Source of the DNA: Escherichia coli
GTDB lineage: Bacteria; Pseudomonadota; Gammaproteobacteria; Enterobacterales; Enterobacteriaceae
NCBI RefSeq assembly: GCF_036507355.1
Contig: NZ_AP027877.1
DNA: 64,000 nt
Strand: one strand, 5' to 3'
Below are positions 32,657 to 42,115 of the stretch, one piece after another. Both the position numbers and the translations under genes were made by a program. How positions within the stretch are numbered: position 1 is the first letter of the stretch; each line of letters starts with the position of its first letter. Below the pieces are notes generated by a model that made no database searches, was not told where the DNA came from, and saw only the letters and a list, made by a program, of their open reading frames with translations.

Positions 32657-33582
32657 AAATTTCCCCTGAATTATTACAAATTTCCCCGGAAGTGCAGGAC
32701 GCTTTAAAAAACAAAAAACCGGTTGTGGCGCTGGAATCGACCATTATTTCTCACGGGATGCCGTTCCCACAAAATGCCCAGACCGCAATTGAAGTTGAAG
32801 AAACTATTCGTAAACAGGGCGCAGTACCTGCCACTATCGCCATTATTGGTGGCGTGATGAAAGTGGGTTTAAGCAAAGATGAAATTGAATTACTGGGTCG
32901 TGAAGGGCATAACGTGACCAAAGTTAGTCGTCGCGATTTACCTTTTGTTGTTGCCGCCGGAAAAAATGGCGCAACCACTGTGGCTTCAACGATGATTATT
33001 GCGGCGCTTGCCGGAATTAAAGTATTTGCCACCGGGGGAATTGGTGGTGTTCATCGCGGGGCGGAACATACCTTCGATATTTCTGCCGATTTGCAAGAAC
33101 TGGCAAATACTAATGTCACCGTTGTTTGTGCCGGGGCGAAATCTATTCTCGATTTAGGATTAACCACTGAGTATTTAGAAACCTTCGGTGTGCCGTTAAT
33201 TGGCTATCAGACTAAAGCGCTGCCTGCGTTTTTCTGCCGCACCAGCCCGTTTGACGTCAGCATTCGTCTCGACAGCGCCAGCGAAATTGCCCGTGCAATG
33301 GCGGTGAAATGGCAAAGCGGGCTGAACGGTGGCCTCGTGGTAGCGAACCCGATCCCGGAACAGTTTGCTATGCCGGAACACACTATCAATGCGGCGATCG
33401 ATCAGGCGGTAGCTGAAGCTGAAGCGCAGGGTGTTATTGGTAAAGAAAGTACGCCATTCCTGCTGGCGCGCGTTGCTGAGCTGACCGGCGGTGACAGCCT
33501 GAAATTCAACATCCAGCTGGTGTTCAACAACGCCATTCTGGCGAGCGAAATTGCCAAAGAATATCAGCGTCTCGCGGGTTAA
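32644..33582 (+). CDS. psuG: Pseudouridine-5'-phosphate glycosidase PsuG (YeiN)
   Basis: 312 aa, IndA-like family. Overlaps psuK by 13 nt. Confidence 0.93.
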   Translation: MSELKISPELLQISPEVQDALKNKKPVVALESTIISHGMPFPQNAQTAIEVEETIRKQGAVPATIAIIGGVMKVGLSKDEIELLGREGHNVTKVSRRDLPFVVAAGKNGATTVASTMIIAALAGIKVFATGGIGGVHRGAEHTFDISADLQELANTNVTVVCAGAKSILDLGLTTEYLETFGVPLIGYQTKALPAFFCRTSPFDVSIRLDSASEIARAMAVKWQSGLNGGLVVANPIPEQFAMPEHTINAAIDQAVAEAEAQGVIGKESTPFLLARVAELTGGDSLKFNIQLVFNNAILASEIAKEYQRLAG

Positions 33583-33675
33583 TTTCTGACGGGCAGAAAG
33601 CCGTCGCCCGTACTGATCATACATACCGAAACCTGGCGCTGACGCCGGGTTTACTGGCATGAAGGGAAAATCATT

Positions 33676-34926
33676 ATGGATATAATGAGAAGTGTTGTGG
33701 GGATGGTGGTGTTACTGGCAATAGCATTTCTGTTGTCGGTAAATAAAAAGAGCATCAGTTTGCGCACGGTTGGAGCCGCACTGCTGCTGCAAATCGCTAT
33801 TGGTGGCATCATGCTCTATTTTCCGCCGGGAAAATGGGCAGTAGAACAGGCGGCATTAGGCGTTCATAAAGTGATGTCTTACAGTGATGCCGGTAGCGCC
33901 TTCATTTTTGGTTCGCTGGTTGGGCCGAAAATGGATGTCCTCTTTGACGGTGCGGGTTTTATCTTCGCCTTTCGCGTACTTCCGGCGATTATCTTCGTCA
34001 CTGCGCTCATTAGTCTGCTGTACTACATTGGCGTGATGGGGCTGCTGATTCGCATCCTTGGCAGCATTTTCCAGAAAGCCCTCAACATCAGCAAAATCGA
34101 ATCTTTTGTCGCAGTCACCACTATTTTCCTCGGGCAAAATGAGATCCCGGCGATCGTTAAACCGTTTATCGATCGCATGAATCGAAACGAGTTGTTTACC
34201 GCAATTTGTAGCGGGATGGCGTCCATTGCTGGTTCGATGATGATTGGTTATGCCGGAATGGGCGTACCAATTGACTACCTGTTAGCGGCATCGCTGATGG
34301 CGATCCCCGGCGGTATTTTGTTTGCACGAATTCTTAGTCCAGCAACCGAGCTTTCGCAGGTCACGTTTGAAAATCTGTCGTTCAGCGAAACGCCGCCAAA
34401 AAGCTTTATCGAAGCAGCGGCGAGCGGTGCGATGACCGGGCTGAAAATCGCCGCCGGTGTGGCGACGGTGGTCATGGCGTTTGTCGCAATTATTGCGCTG
34501 ATTAATGGCATTATTGGCGGAATTGGCGGCTGGTTTGGTTTTGCCAATGCCTCTCTGGAAAGTATTTTTGGCTATGTGCTGGCACCGCTGGCGTGGATCA
34601 TGGGTGTGGACTGGAGTGATGCCAACCTTGCGGGTAGCCTGATTGGGCAGAAACTGGCGATTAACGAATTCGTCGCTTACCTGAGTTTCTCCCCATACCT
34701 GCAAACGGGCGGCACGCTGGAAGTGAAAACCATTGCGATTATCTCCTTTGCGCTTTGTGGTTTTGCTAACTTTGGTTCTATCGGTGTTGTCGTTGGGGCA
34801 TTTTCGGCTATTTCGCCAAAACGTGCTCCGGAAATCGCCCAGCTTGGTTTACGGGCGCTGGCAGCAGCAACGCTTTCCAACCTGATGAGCGCGACCATTG
34901 CCGGGTTCTTTATTGGTTTAGCTTGA
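33676..34926 (+). CDS. psuT: NupC-family nucleoside (pseudouridine) transporter PsuT (YeiM)
   Basis: 416 aa, polytopic. A close paralogue of the nupX product in this window. Confidence 0.92.
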   Translation: MDIMRSVVGMVVLLAIAFLLSVNKKSISLRTVGAALLLQIAIGGIMLYFPPGKWAVEQAALGVHKVMSYSDAGSAFIFGSLVGPKMDVLFDGAGFIFAFRVLPAIIFVTALISLLYYIGVMGLLIRILGSIFQKALNISKIESFVAVTTIFLGQNEIPAIVKPFIDRMNRNELFTAICSGMASIAGSMMIGYAGMGVPIDYLLAASLMAIPGGILFARILSPATELSQVTFENLSFSETPPKSFIEAAASGAMTGLKIAAGVATVVMAFVAIIALINGIIGGIGGWFGFANASLESIFGYVLAPLAWIMGVDWSDANLAGSLIGQKLAINEFVAYLSFSPYLQTGGTLEVKTIAIISFALCGFANFGSIGVVVGAFSAISPKRAPEIAQLGLRALAAATLSNLMSATIAGFFIGLA

Positions 34927-34931
34927 GTTTC

Positions 34932-34973
34932 ATTGCCGGATGTACTCGCTTATTAAGCGTTGCATCCGGCAAT
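34932..34973. repeat. REP-like hairpin between convergent psuT and yeiL
   Basis: ATTGCCGGATG...CATCCGGCAAT inverted repeat. Confidence 0.6.
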
Positions 34974-34993
34974 CGCGCTATTGCAAATAATTT

Positions 34994-35653
34994 TTACTGC
35001 ATCATCCCGGAGAATTTATTCTCCGGGTCCATCTCCAGCGCCAGTCCTGACAACTGCTTTCTGTTTTTAATGAGATATCCTTTCTTGCTTTTAATTAATA
35101 AACCGTCGTGAATGAATTGCGCGAGAACATATAAAAGATGTCGATAAGAAACGCCTAAATACTCTGCCGCTTGCGTATGCTTTTCGTGATAAAGATCACC
35201 TTCTTGTGAGAGTAATATAAATGCTGCCAGGCGATTCACTAACGGAAATGATTGATTCTGAGTTAAAGAAACAATATTACGATAATTTTTATGACTTAAG
35301 GTGACGCAAAGTTTTCGTAAAAATAGGGTGTCGTTTAATAACAGCGGACGGTAATGTTTCATAGGGAGCGCAAGGCACCAACACTCTTCAATCGCCTGTA
35401 CTGCACGTGGTTCATGGTCTTTATCGATTAACTCAATCTCGCCAATAAAACAGGGGGCGGCAAAGAAATCGATCAGCGACACGCAACCATTAGCTAGCGT
35501 GGCGTAAAGCCTGGCGCGGCCTCGCGTCAGGTAAAACAGCCAGGACGGCTGTTGCCCTTCCTGCACAATGTAGTCACGCGCTAAAAAATGAAACAGCCGC
35601 GTATCGGCTGAAACATCCGTTAAAAAGCAATCCTTAAACGCGGATTCACTCAT
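34994..35653 (-). CDS. yeiL: CRP/FNR-family transcription regulator YeiL
   Basis: The 232-aa ORF (GTG start) is trimmed to the ATG start [13 protein letters not shown] (219 aa). cNMP-binding-like domain plus a C-terminal HTH. The longer start at 35692 cannot be excluded. Confidence 0.85.
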   Translation of the reverse strand: MSESAFKDCFLTDVSADTRLFHFLARDYIVQEGQQPSWLFYLTRGRARLYATLANGCVSLIDFFAAPCFIGEIELIDKDHEPRAVQAIEECWCLALPMKHYRPLLLNDTLFLRKLCVTLSHKNYRNIVSLTQNQSFPLVNRLAAFILLSQEGDLYHEKHTQAAEYLGVSYRHLLYVLAQFIHDGLLIKSKKGYLIKNRKQLSGLALEMDPENKFSGMMQ

Positions 35654-35821
35654 CAATTGCTGCTTAAGATCATTATTGTGGATTTCTTTCACGATGTTTA
35701 TCCGCTATGAGATTTCTCATATTTAGCATACGTACGCTGTTGTTAAGATTCAATCATCGGCCCGGTCGAATTTTCTTTGCTGTAGAAAAAATAACGCAAC
35801 TGGAAACAGAGGAAATAAACA

Positions 35822-36763
35822 ATGGAAAAGAGAAAAATTATTCTGGATTGTGATCCGGGTCATGATGATGCTATTGCAATGATGATGGCAGCGAAACATC
35901 CGGCAATAGATTTATTAGGCATCACTATTGTAGCGGGTAATCAGACGCTTGATAAAACATTAATTAATGGCCTGAATGTTTGCCAGAAACTGGAGATTAA
36001 TGTTCCGGTTTATGCGGGGATGCCGCAACCCATTATGCGTCAACAAATCGTTGCCGATAATATTCACGGTGAAACCGGACTGGATGGCCCGGTATTCGAG
36101 CCGCTGACCCGCCAGGCAGAAAGTACCCACGCGGTGAAATACATCATTGATACCCTGATGGCAAGCGATGGCGATATCACTCTGGTGCCGGTTGGTCCGT
36201 TGTCAAATATCGCGGTGGCAATGCGTATGCAATCCGCAATCCTGCCCAAAATCCGTGAAATTGTGCTAATGGGCGGCGCTTACGGTACAGGCAACTTCAC
36301 GCCATCTGCCGAGTTCAACATCTTTGCTGACCCGGAAGCCGCACGCGTGGTGTTCACCTCCGGCGTTCCATTAGTGATGATGGGCCTCGATCTTACCAAC
36401 CAGACCGTTTGCACCCCGGACGTAATTGTTCGGATGGAAAGGGCAGGCGGCCCTGCCGGAGAGCTATTCAGCGACATCATGAACTTCACTCTCAAAACGC
36501 AGTTCGAAAACTACGGCCTGGCTGGCGGCCCGGTGCACGACGCCACCTGCATCGGTTATCTGATTAACCCTGATGGCATTAAAACCCAGGAGATGTACGT
36601 CGAAGTGGACGTCAACAGTGGCCCTTGCTATGGGCGTACCGTCTGCGACGAGCTGGGCGTTCTTGGCAAGCCCGCTAATACCAAAGTCGGCATCACTATT
36701 GATACCGACTGGTTCTGGGGCTTAGTCGAAGAGTGCGTGCGCGGCTACATCAAAACCCATTAA
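35822..36763 (+). CDS. rihB: Pyrimidine-specific ribonucleoside hydrolase RihB (YeiK)
   Basis: 313 aa, with the N-terminal DCDPGHDDA nucleoside-hydrolase fingerprint. Confidence 0.95.
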   Translation: MEKRKIILDCDPGHDDAIAMMMAAKHPAIDLLGITIVAGNQTLDKTLINGLNVCQKLEINVPVYAGMPQPIMRQQIVADNIHGETGLDGPVFEPLTRQAESTHAVKYIIDTLMASDGDITLVPVGPLSNIAVAMRMQSAILPKIREIVLMGGAYGTGNFTPSAEFNIFADPEAARVVFTSGVPLVMMGLDLTNQTVCTPDVIVRMERAGGPAGELFSDIMNFTLKTQFENYGLAGGPVHDATCIGYLINPDGIKTQEMYVEVDVNSGPCYGRTVCDELGVLGKPANTKVGITIDTDWFWGLVEECVRGYIKTH

Positions 36764-36973
36764 GTGTTGATAACAAGCCGGGTCAGTATCGCAAAATGCA
36801 GGCCCGGCTATTTCTGAGGGGCAGAAAGCCGTCGCCCAATATGACATGAAGAGATAATAACTATGGATGTCATGAGAAGTGTTCTGGGAATGGTGGTATT
36901 GCTGACGATTGCGTTTTTGGTGATGCTGCCAACTTACTGATTTAGTGTATGATGGTGTTTTTGAGGTGCTCCA

Positions 36974-37249
36974 GTGGCTTCTGTTTCTATCAGCTGTCCC
37001 TCCTGTTCAGCTACTGACGGGGTGGTGCGTAACGGCAAAAGCACCGCCGGACATCAGCGCTATCTCTGCTCTCACTGCCGTAAAACATGGCAACTGCAGT
37101 TCACTTACACCGCTTCTCAACCCGGTACGCACCAGAAAATCATTGATATGGCCATGAATGGCGTTGGATGCCGGGCAACAGCCCGCATTATGGGCGTTGG
37201 CCTCAACACGATTTTACGTCACTTAAAAAACTCAGGCCGCAGTCGGTAA
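36974..37249 (+). CDS. insA: IS1 InsA
   Basis: 91-aa ORF identical to the InsA of copy A. Confidence 0.95.
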
Positions 37250-37671
37250 CCTCGCGCATACAGCCGGGCAGTGACGTCATCGTCTGCGCGGAAATGGACG
37301 AACAGTGGGGCTATGTCGGGGCTAAATCGCGCCAGCGCTGGCTGTTTTACGCGTATGACAGGCTCCGGAAGACGGTTGTTGCGCACGTATTCGGTGAACG
37401 CACGATGGCGACGCTGGGGCGTCTTATGAGCCTGCTGTCACCCTTTGACGTGGTGATATGGATGACGGATGGCTGGCCGCTGTATGAATCCCGCCTGAAG
37501 GGAAAGCTGCACGTAATCAGCAAGCGATATACGCAGCGAATTGAGCGGCATAACCTGAATCTGAGGCAGCACCTGGCACGGCTGGGACGGAAGTCGCTGT
37601 CGTTCTCAAAATCGGTGGAGCTGCATGACAAAGTCATCGGGCATTATCTGAACATAAAACACTATCAATAA
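37168..37671 (+). CDS. insB: IS1 InsB (expressed as the InsAB' frameshift fusion)
   Basis: 167-aa ORF identical to the InsB of copy A. A6C slippery site at 37225-37231. Confidence 0.95.
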
Positions 37672-38904
37672 GTTGGAGTCATTACCTGCGTTTTTACTGT
37701 CAGTAAACAAGAAGAAGATCAGCCTGCGTACCGTTGGCGCGGCGTTAGTGTTACAGGTTGTGATTGGCGGGATTATGCTTTGGTTACCGCCAGGGCGTTG
37801 GGTCGCTGAAAAAGTCGCTTTTGGCGTGCATAAAGTGATGGCGTACAGCGATGCAGGTAGCGCATTTATCTTCGGTTCGCTGGTCGGGCCGAAAATGGAC
37901 ACGCTGTTTGATGGCGCAGGATTTATCTTTGGTTTCAGGGTGTTACCGGCAATTATCTTCGTCACCGCGCTGGTGAGTATTCTCTATTACATCGGTGTGA
38001 TGGGGATCTTAATTCGCATTCTCGGCGGTATATTCCAGAAAGCATTAAATATCAGCAAGATCGAGTCATTCGTCGCGGTCACTACCATTTTCCTCGGGCA
38101 AAACGAAATTCCGGCGATCGTCAAACCCTTTATCGATCGTCTGAATCGCAATGAATTATTTACAGCGATTTGTAGTGGCATGGCCTCGATTGCTGGTTCG
38201 ACAATGATTGGTTACGCCGCACTGGGCGTGCCTGTGGAATATTTGCTGGCGGCATCGTTAATGGCGATCCCAGGCGGGATCTTGTTTGCCCGCCTGCTAA
38301 GCCCGGCTATGGAATCTTCGCAGGTTTCTTTTAATAACCTCTCTTTCACCGAAACACCGCCAAAAAGCATTATTGAAGCTGCCGCGACAGAGGCAATGAC
38401 CGGGCTGAAAATCGCCGCAGGTGTGGCGACAGTAGTGATGGCATTTGTCGCCATCATTGCGTTAATTAACGGTATTATCGGCGGCGTTGGCGGCTGGTTT
38501 GGTTTTGAACATGCCTCGCTGGAATCCATTTTAGGTTACCTGCTGGCCCCACTGGCGTGGGTGATGGGTGTTGACTGGAGTGATGCGAATCTTGCCGGGA
38601 GTTTGATTGGTCAGAAACTGGCAATAAATGAATTTGTCGCTTATCTCAATTTCTCACCCTATCTGCAAACGGCTGACAAGCTGGATGCTAAAACCGTGGC
38701 GATTATTTCCTTCGCGTTGTGCGGTTTCGCTAACTTTGGTTCTATCGGGGTGGTGGTGGGGGCGTTTTCTGCGGTTGCGCCACACCGTGCGCCGGAAATC
38801 GCCCAACTTGGTTTACGCGCGCTGGCGGCGGCGACACTTTCTAATCTGATGAGTGCCACCATTGCCGGGTTCTTTATTGGTTTAGCGTAGTGTGCGATTT
38901 ATGA

Positions 38905-38938
38905 GCCGGATAATATGCGGTCAAGCGTCGAATCCGGC
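38905..38938. repeat. REP-like hairpin between convergent nupX and yeiI
   Basis: GCCGGAT...ATCCGGC inverted repeat. Its position is analogous to the hairpin after psuT. Confidence 0.5.
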
Positions 38939-38945
38939 AACATTG

Positions 38946-40034
38946 TTACACCATTGGCATTAATGAAAGCGCGTTATCGGCAGACAAGGTAGGGTTATTT
39001 AAGCTGCCGCTGGCGCGTGAAATTGCCGCGCAGGCCATCGCAAAACGGGCGCTGTCACGGAAATTGTTTCCTTCCAGAAAGCTATATACCAGGCCCGCCA
39101 TAAAACCATCGTCAGCACCAAAACTGTCTACTGTCGTATGCGCTGGTGCGGTCAGCAAAAATTGTTCTCCATCCTTTTCGCTGCAATAAACTGACTCATC
39201 GGGCAAATAAACAAACAGTTGCTGAACACCTTGCTGATGCAACGCATTCACTGCAGCATTACGGTCAGCATCGCTGGTGATCGCCTGTCCCCATAAAATT
39301 TCCAGCTCCGGTAAAGTGGGTTTCAGGGTGTGAATATGCGCCAGCCAGTGTTTGATTTTGCCCGCTTTGAATTCTGAAACGGTATCGACAAACACCGGGA
39401 TCTCATCAGCGAGGGTAAAGACCCATTCCAGCGCCTCGGCTGTCAGGTTGCAATCAGCCAGTACCACGCCCGCATGACGAAGTAAATCGCGCGACCCGTT
39501 CAGTAGTTGCGGTGTCAACTGTTCCAGCAGATGGGTATCGTTAATCGCCAGCACGGTTTGATCGTCTCGATTGGCAATTGCCAGATACGTCGATGTGCTT
39601 TGACCATGCAAACGAACGCAGCCGGAGACATTCACGCCGGCACGGCGCGTTTCTTCCAGGAGCATTTCGCCATAAAAGTCATCGCCAATCACTGAAAGCA
39701 AATGGACGTCGCGGCCTAACAGCGCCAGATTGTGGGCGATATTGCGTCCAACGCCGCCTGCCGAGCAATGAATTGTACCGGGATGAGAAGCCGATTGCGG
39801 GTAACGGATATCCGCCATCCCGCGAATATCCATATTGATTGTCCCCACCACTACGCAGTATTCCTGCTCGGTGAGAATGTAACCTTTGCCTTTAATCCGG
39901 CCTTTGCGCATTAAATCCATAATATGCGCCGCAACGCGCGAACGGCTGATTTGCAGCATGTCCGCAATTTCGTTCTGCTGAATCAGCGGGTTACGCCGTA
40001 AAATTGCAAGGATCTCCTTTTCCCGGTTATTCAT
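38946..40034 (-). CDS. yeiI: HTH domain fused to a PfkB-family sugar/nucleoside kinase, YeiI (function unknown)
   Basis: 362 aa. The N-terminal ~55 aa form a winged-HTH-like region (REKEILAILRRNPLIQQNEIADMLQISRSRVAAHI). The rest aligns by eye to PsuK (GGVGRNIAHNLALLG, VLAIND, ADCN, PVFVDTVS, IHTLKP, GADDGFMAG). Confidence 0.9.
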   Translation of the reverse strand: MNNREKEILAILRRNPLIQQNEIADMLQISRSRVAAHIMDLMRKGRIKGKGYILTEQEYCVVVGTINMDIRGMADIRYPQSASHPGTIHCSAGGVGRNIAHNLALLGRDVHLLSVIGDDFYGEMLLEETRRAGVNVSGCVRLHGQSTSTYLAIANRDDQTVLAINDTHLLEQLTPQLLNGSRDLLRHAGVVLADCNLTAEALEWVFTLADEIPVFVDTVSEFKAGKIKHWLAHIHTLKPTLPELEILWGQAITSDADRNAAVNALHQQGVQQLFVYLPDESVYCSEKDGEQFLLTAPAHTTVDSFGADDGFMAGLVYSFLEGNNFRDSARFAMACAAISRASGSLNNPTLSADNALSLMPMV

Positions 40035-40036
40035 CT

Positions 40037-40894
40037 TCAGGCTACCGCTTTTTCAGTTTGTTGCGCTTTCAGCCAGGCGATCTCTTCTGCCCAGATATCC
40101 GGGTTGATGGTTTCGAGGATCAGCGGAATGCCGTCGAAACGGTCGTCCTGCATGATCCAGCGGAACGCATCATGACCGATATTGCCTTCACCGAGGCTAT
40201 GATGGCGGTCAACGCGGCTGCCAAAGGTGCTTTTCGCATCGTTAAGGTGCATCCCGCGCAGATACTTAAAGCCGACAATACGGGCAAAATCAGCGAACGT
40301 TTTCTCGCATTCGGCTGGAGTACGCAAATCATACCCGGCAGCGAAAGCATGGCAGGTATCAATGCAGACGCCGACACGGGATTTATCTTCCACGCCGTCG
40401 ATAATCGCCGCGAGATGTTCGAATTTAAACCCTAAGTTACTGCCCTGACCGGCGGTGTTTTCAATCACCGCGGTCACACCTTGAGTTTTATCCAGCGCAA
40501 TGTTGATGGATTCGGCAATACGCGCAAGGCAATCCTCTTCTGAAATCTGCATCAGATGGCTGCCAGGGTGGAAGTTGAGCAAAGAAAGCCCCAGCTGTTC
40601 GCAACGCTGCATTTCATCTATAAAGGCATCGCGCGATTTTTCCAGAGCTTCAGTGACCGGATGTCCGAGGTTAATCAGATAGCTGTCGTGGGGAAGAATT
40701 TGCGCCGATGTGTAGTGATATTTTTCACAGGCGGCTTTGAATTCATCGATGGTTTGCGTCGTGAGCGGTGCGGCACGCCACTGACGTTGGTTTTTGGTGA
40801 ACAAGGCAAACGCGGTTGCGTCGATTTCGGCGGCGCGAATTGCGGCATTTGCCAGACCGCCAGCAGCACTAACGTGCGCTCCAATGTATTTCAT
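40037..40894 (-). CDS. nfo: Endonuclease IV
   Basis: 285 aa, [21 protein letters not shown]... Recognised as the K-12 sequence. Confidence 0.95.
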   Translation of the reverse strand: MKYIGAHVSAAGGLANAAIRAAEIDATAFALFTKNQRQWRAAPLTTQTIDEFKAACEKYHYTSAQILPHDSYLINLGHPVTEALEKSRDAFIDEMQRCEQLGLSLLNFHPGSHLMQISEEDCLARIAESINIALDKTQGVTAVIENTAGQGSNLGFKFEHLAAIIDGVEDKSRVGVCIDTCHAFAAGYDLRTPAECEKTFADFARIVGFKYLRGMHLNDAKSTFGSRVDRHHSLGEGNIGHDAFRWIMQDDRFDGIPLILETINPDIWAEEIAWLKAQQTEKAVA

Positions 40895-40967
40895 GCGAGG
40901 ACTCCTGTTAAACCCGCTGGAGGAAAACGGTAATGATAGCGGGTTAACAGGAGCAAGATGTAGTGGT

Positions 40968-42017
40968 TTATGCGATGACGCTTTGAATCACATAGTTAAT
41001 CGCACCACCACCAACAATCAGCCAGGCAAACAGTACCAGTGCCATCAGCAGAGGTTTCGCCCCGGCTTTTTTCAGCGCGCTGACGTGAGTGGTCAGACCC
41101 AGCGCCGCCATCGCCATTGCCAGCAGGAAGGTATCCAGCGTTACCAGCATGTTCACCACGCTCTGCGGTAACAGGTGGAACGAGTTAAAGATGGCAACTA
41201 CGATGAACAAGATGGCAAACCACGGAATAGTGATTTTGCTTTTCTCGCCGCTGTTCGCCCCAGACAGCTGTTTAACACGCGCCGCCAGCAGGATGAGGAA
41301 CGGAGCCAGCATCATCACGCGCAGCATTTTGGAAATAACTGCTGCGTTTTCCGCATCCGGGCTGATGGCATGACCTGCCGCCACCACCTGCGCCACTTCG
41401 TGCACAGTAGAACCAATGTAGATACCGAAAGTTTCCGGACTAAACCATTGAGACATCAGCGGATATATCGCCGGGTAGAGGAAAATCGCGACGGTCCCGA
41501 AGATAACAACGGTTGCAACAGCCACGGTTACTTTACTGGCTTCCGCTTTCACTACCGGCTCAGTCGCCAGTACCGCGGCAGCACCACAAATACTGCTACC
41601 GGCACCGATCAACCAGCTGGTGTGCTTATCCAGACCAAACACTTTCTGCCCCAGGAAGCAAGCCAGCAGGAAGGTACTGGACAGCGTCAGCACGTCAATG
41701 ATGATCCCACTGATACCGACATCGGCAATTTGCGAGAACGTCAGACGGAAGCCATAAAGAATGATACCCAGACGTAATAAATATTGCTTGGCAAACAGCA
41801 CACCACCGTCACAGCTTTTCCAGATGTGCGGATAGATGGTGTTGCCTAAAACCATCCCCAACAAGATTGCGAGGGTGAGGGCACTAAACCCGGCACCCGC
41901 AACCGCGGGAATGGAACCACCCCACAGGGCGACCCCGGTGATAACTGCACTCAGGGCTAACCCCGGAATAAAATGCCACAGTGTACGATGTTGTTTCTGT
42001 AAGGTGATATTCGTCAT
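40968..42017 (-). CDS. yeiH: UPF0324 inner membrane protein YeiH
   Basis: 349 aa, polytopic. Confidence 0.9.
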   Translation of the reverse strand: MTNITLQKQHRTLWHFIPGLALSAVITGVALWGGSIPAVAGAGFSALTLAILLGMVLGNTIYPHIWKSCDGGVLFAKQYLLRLGIILYGFRLTFSQIADVGISGIIIDVLTLSSTFLLACFLGQKVFGLDKHTSWLIGAGSSICGAAAVLATEPVVKAEASKVTVAVATVVIFGTVAIFLYPAIYPLMSQWFSPETFGIYIGSTVHEVAQVVAAGHAISPDAENAAVISKMLRVMMLAPFLILLAARVKQLSGANSGEKSKITIPWFAILFIVVAIFNSFHLLPQSVVNMLVTLDTFLLAMAMAALGLTTHVSALKKAGAKPLLMALVLFAWLIVGGGAINYVIQSVIA

Positions 42018-42083
42018 AACCCTCTCCTTTAACCGGGCATAAGGTTACGACTAACTGGTTTAAAAATAAAATTGATTATATAT

Positions 42084-42102
42084 TTATAATTAATCTTTAT
42101 AA
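42084..42102. promoter_or_regulatory. Candidate LysR-type (YeiE) box in the yeiH-yeiE divergent region
   Basis: TTATAA-N7-TTATAA interrupted dyad (TATAA-N7-TTATA), lying between the divergent starts. Confidence 0.35.
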
Positions 42103-42115
42103 GTGGTAAGCGACT

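Larger units (their letters stand above)
36919..37686 (+). mobile_element. IS1 (768 bp), copy B, inverted relative to copy A
   Basis: GGTGATGCTGCCAACTTACTGAT... to ...AATAAGTTGGAGTCATTACC. A 9-bp direct repeat TGCGTTTTT flanks it at 36910-36918 and 37687-37695. Confidence 0.97.
36863..38890 (+). pseudogene. nupX: NupC-family nucleoside transporter NupX (YeiJ), interrupted by IS1 within codon 19
   Basis: ATG at 36863 gives MDVMRSVLGMVVLLTIAF, then IS1. The native frame resumes after the 9-bp duplication (AFLLSVNKKKISLRTVG...) and runs to 38890. Confidence 0.92.

Noticed and set aside
38946-40034. The GADD sequence in YeiI, where PsuK has GAGD, read as evidence of a catalytically dead kinase.
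   Set aside because: The PfkB C-terminal signature, as I recall it, tolerates G or D at that position, and the catalytic Asp is retained. The sequence alone gives no basis for calling it inactive.
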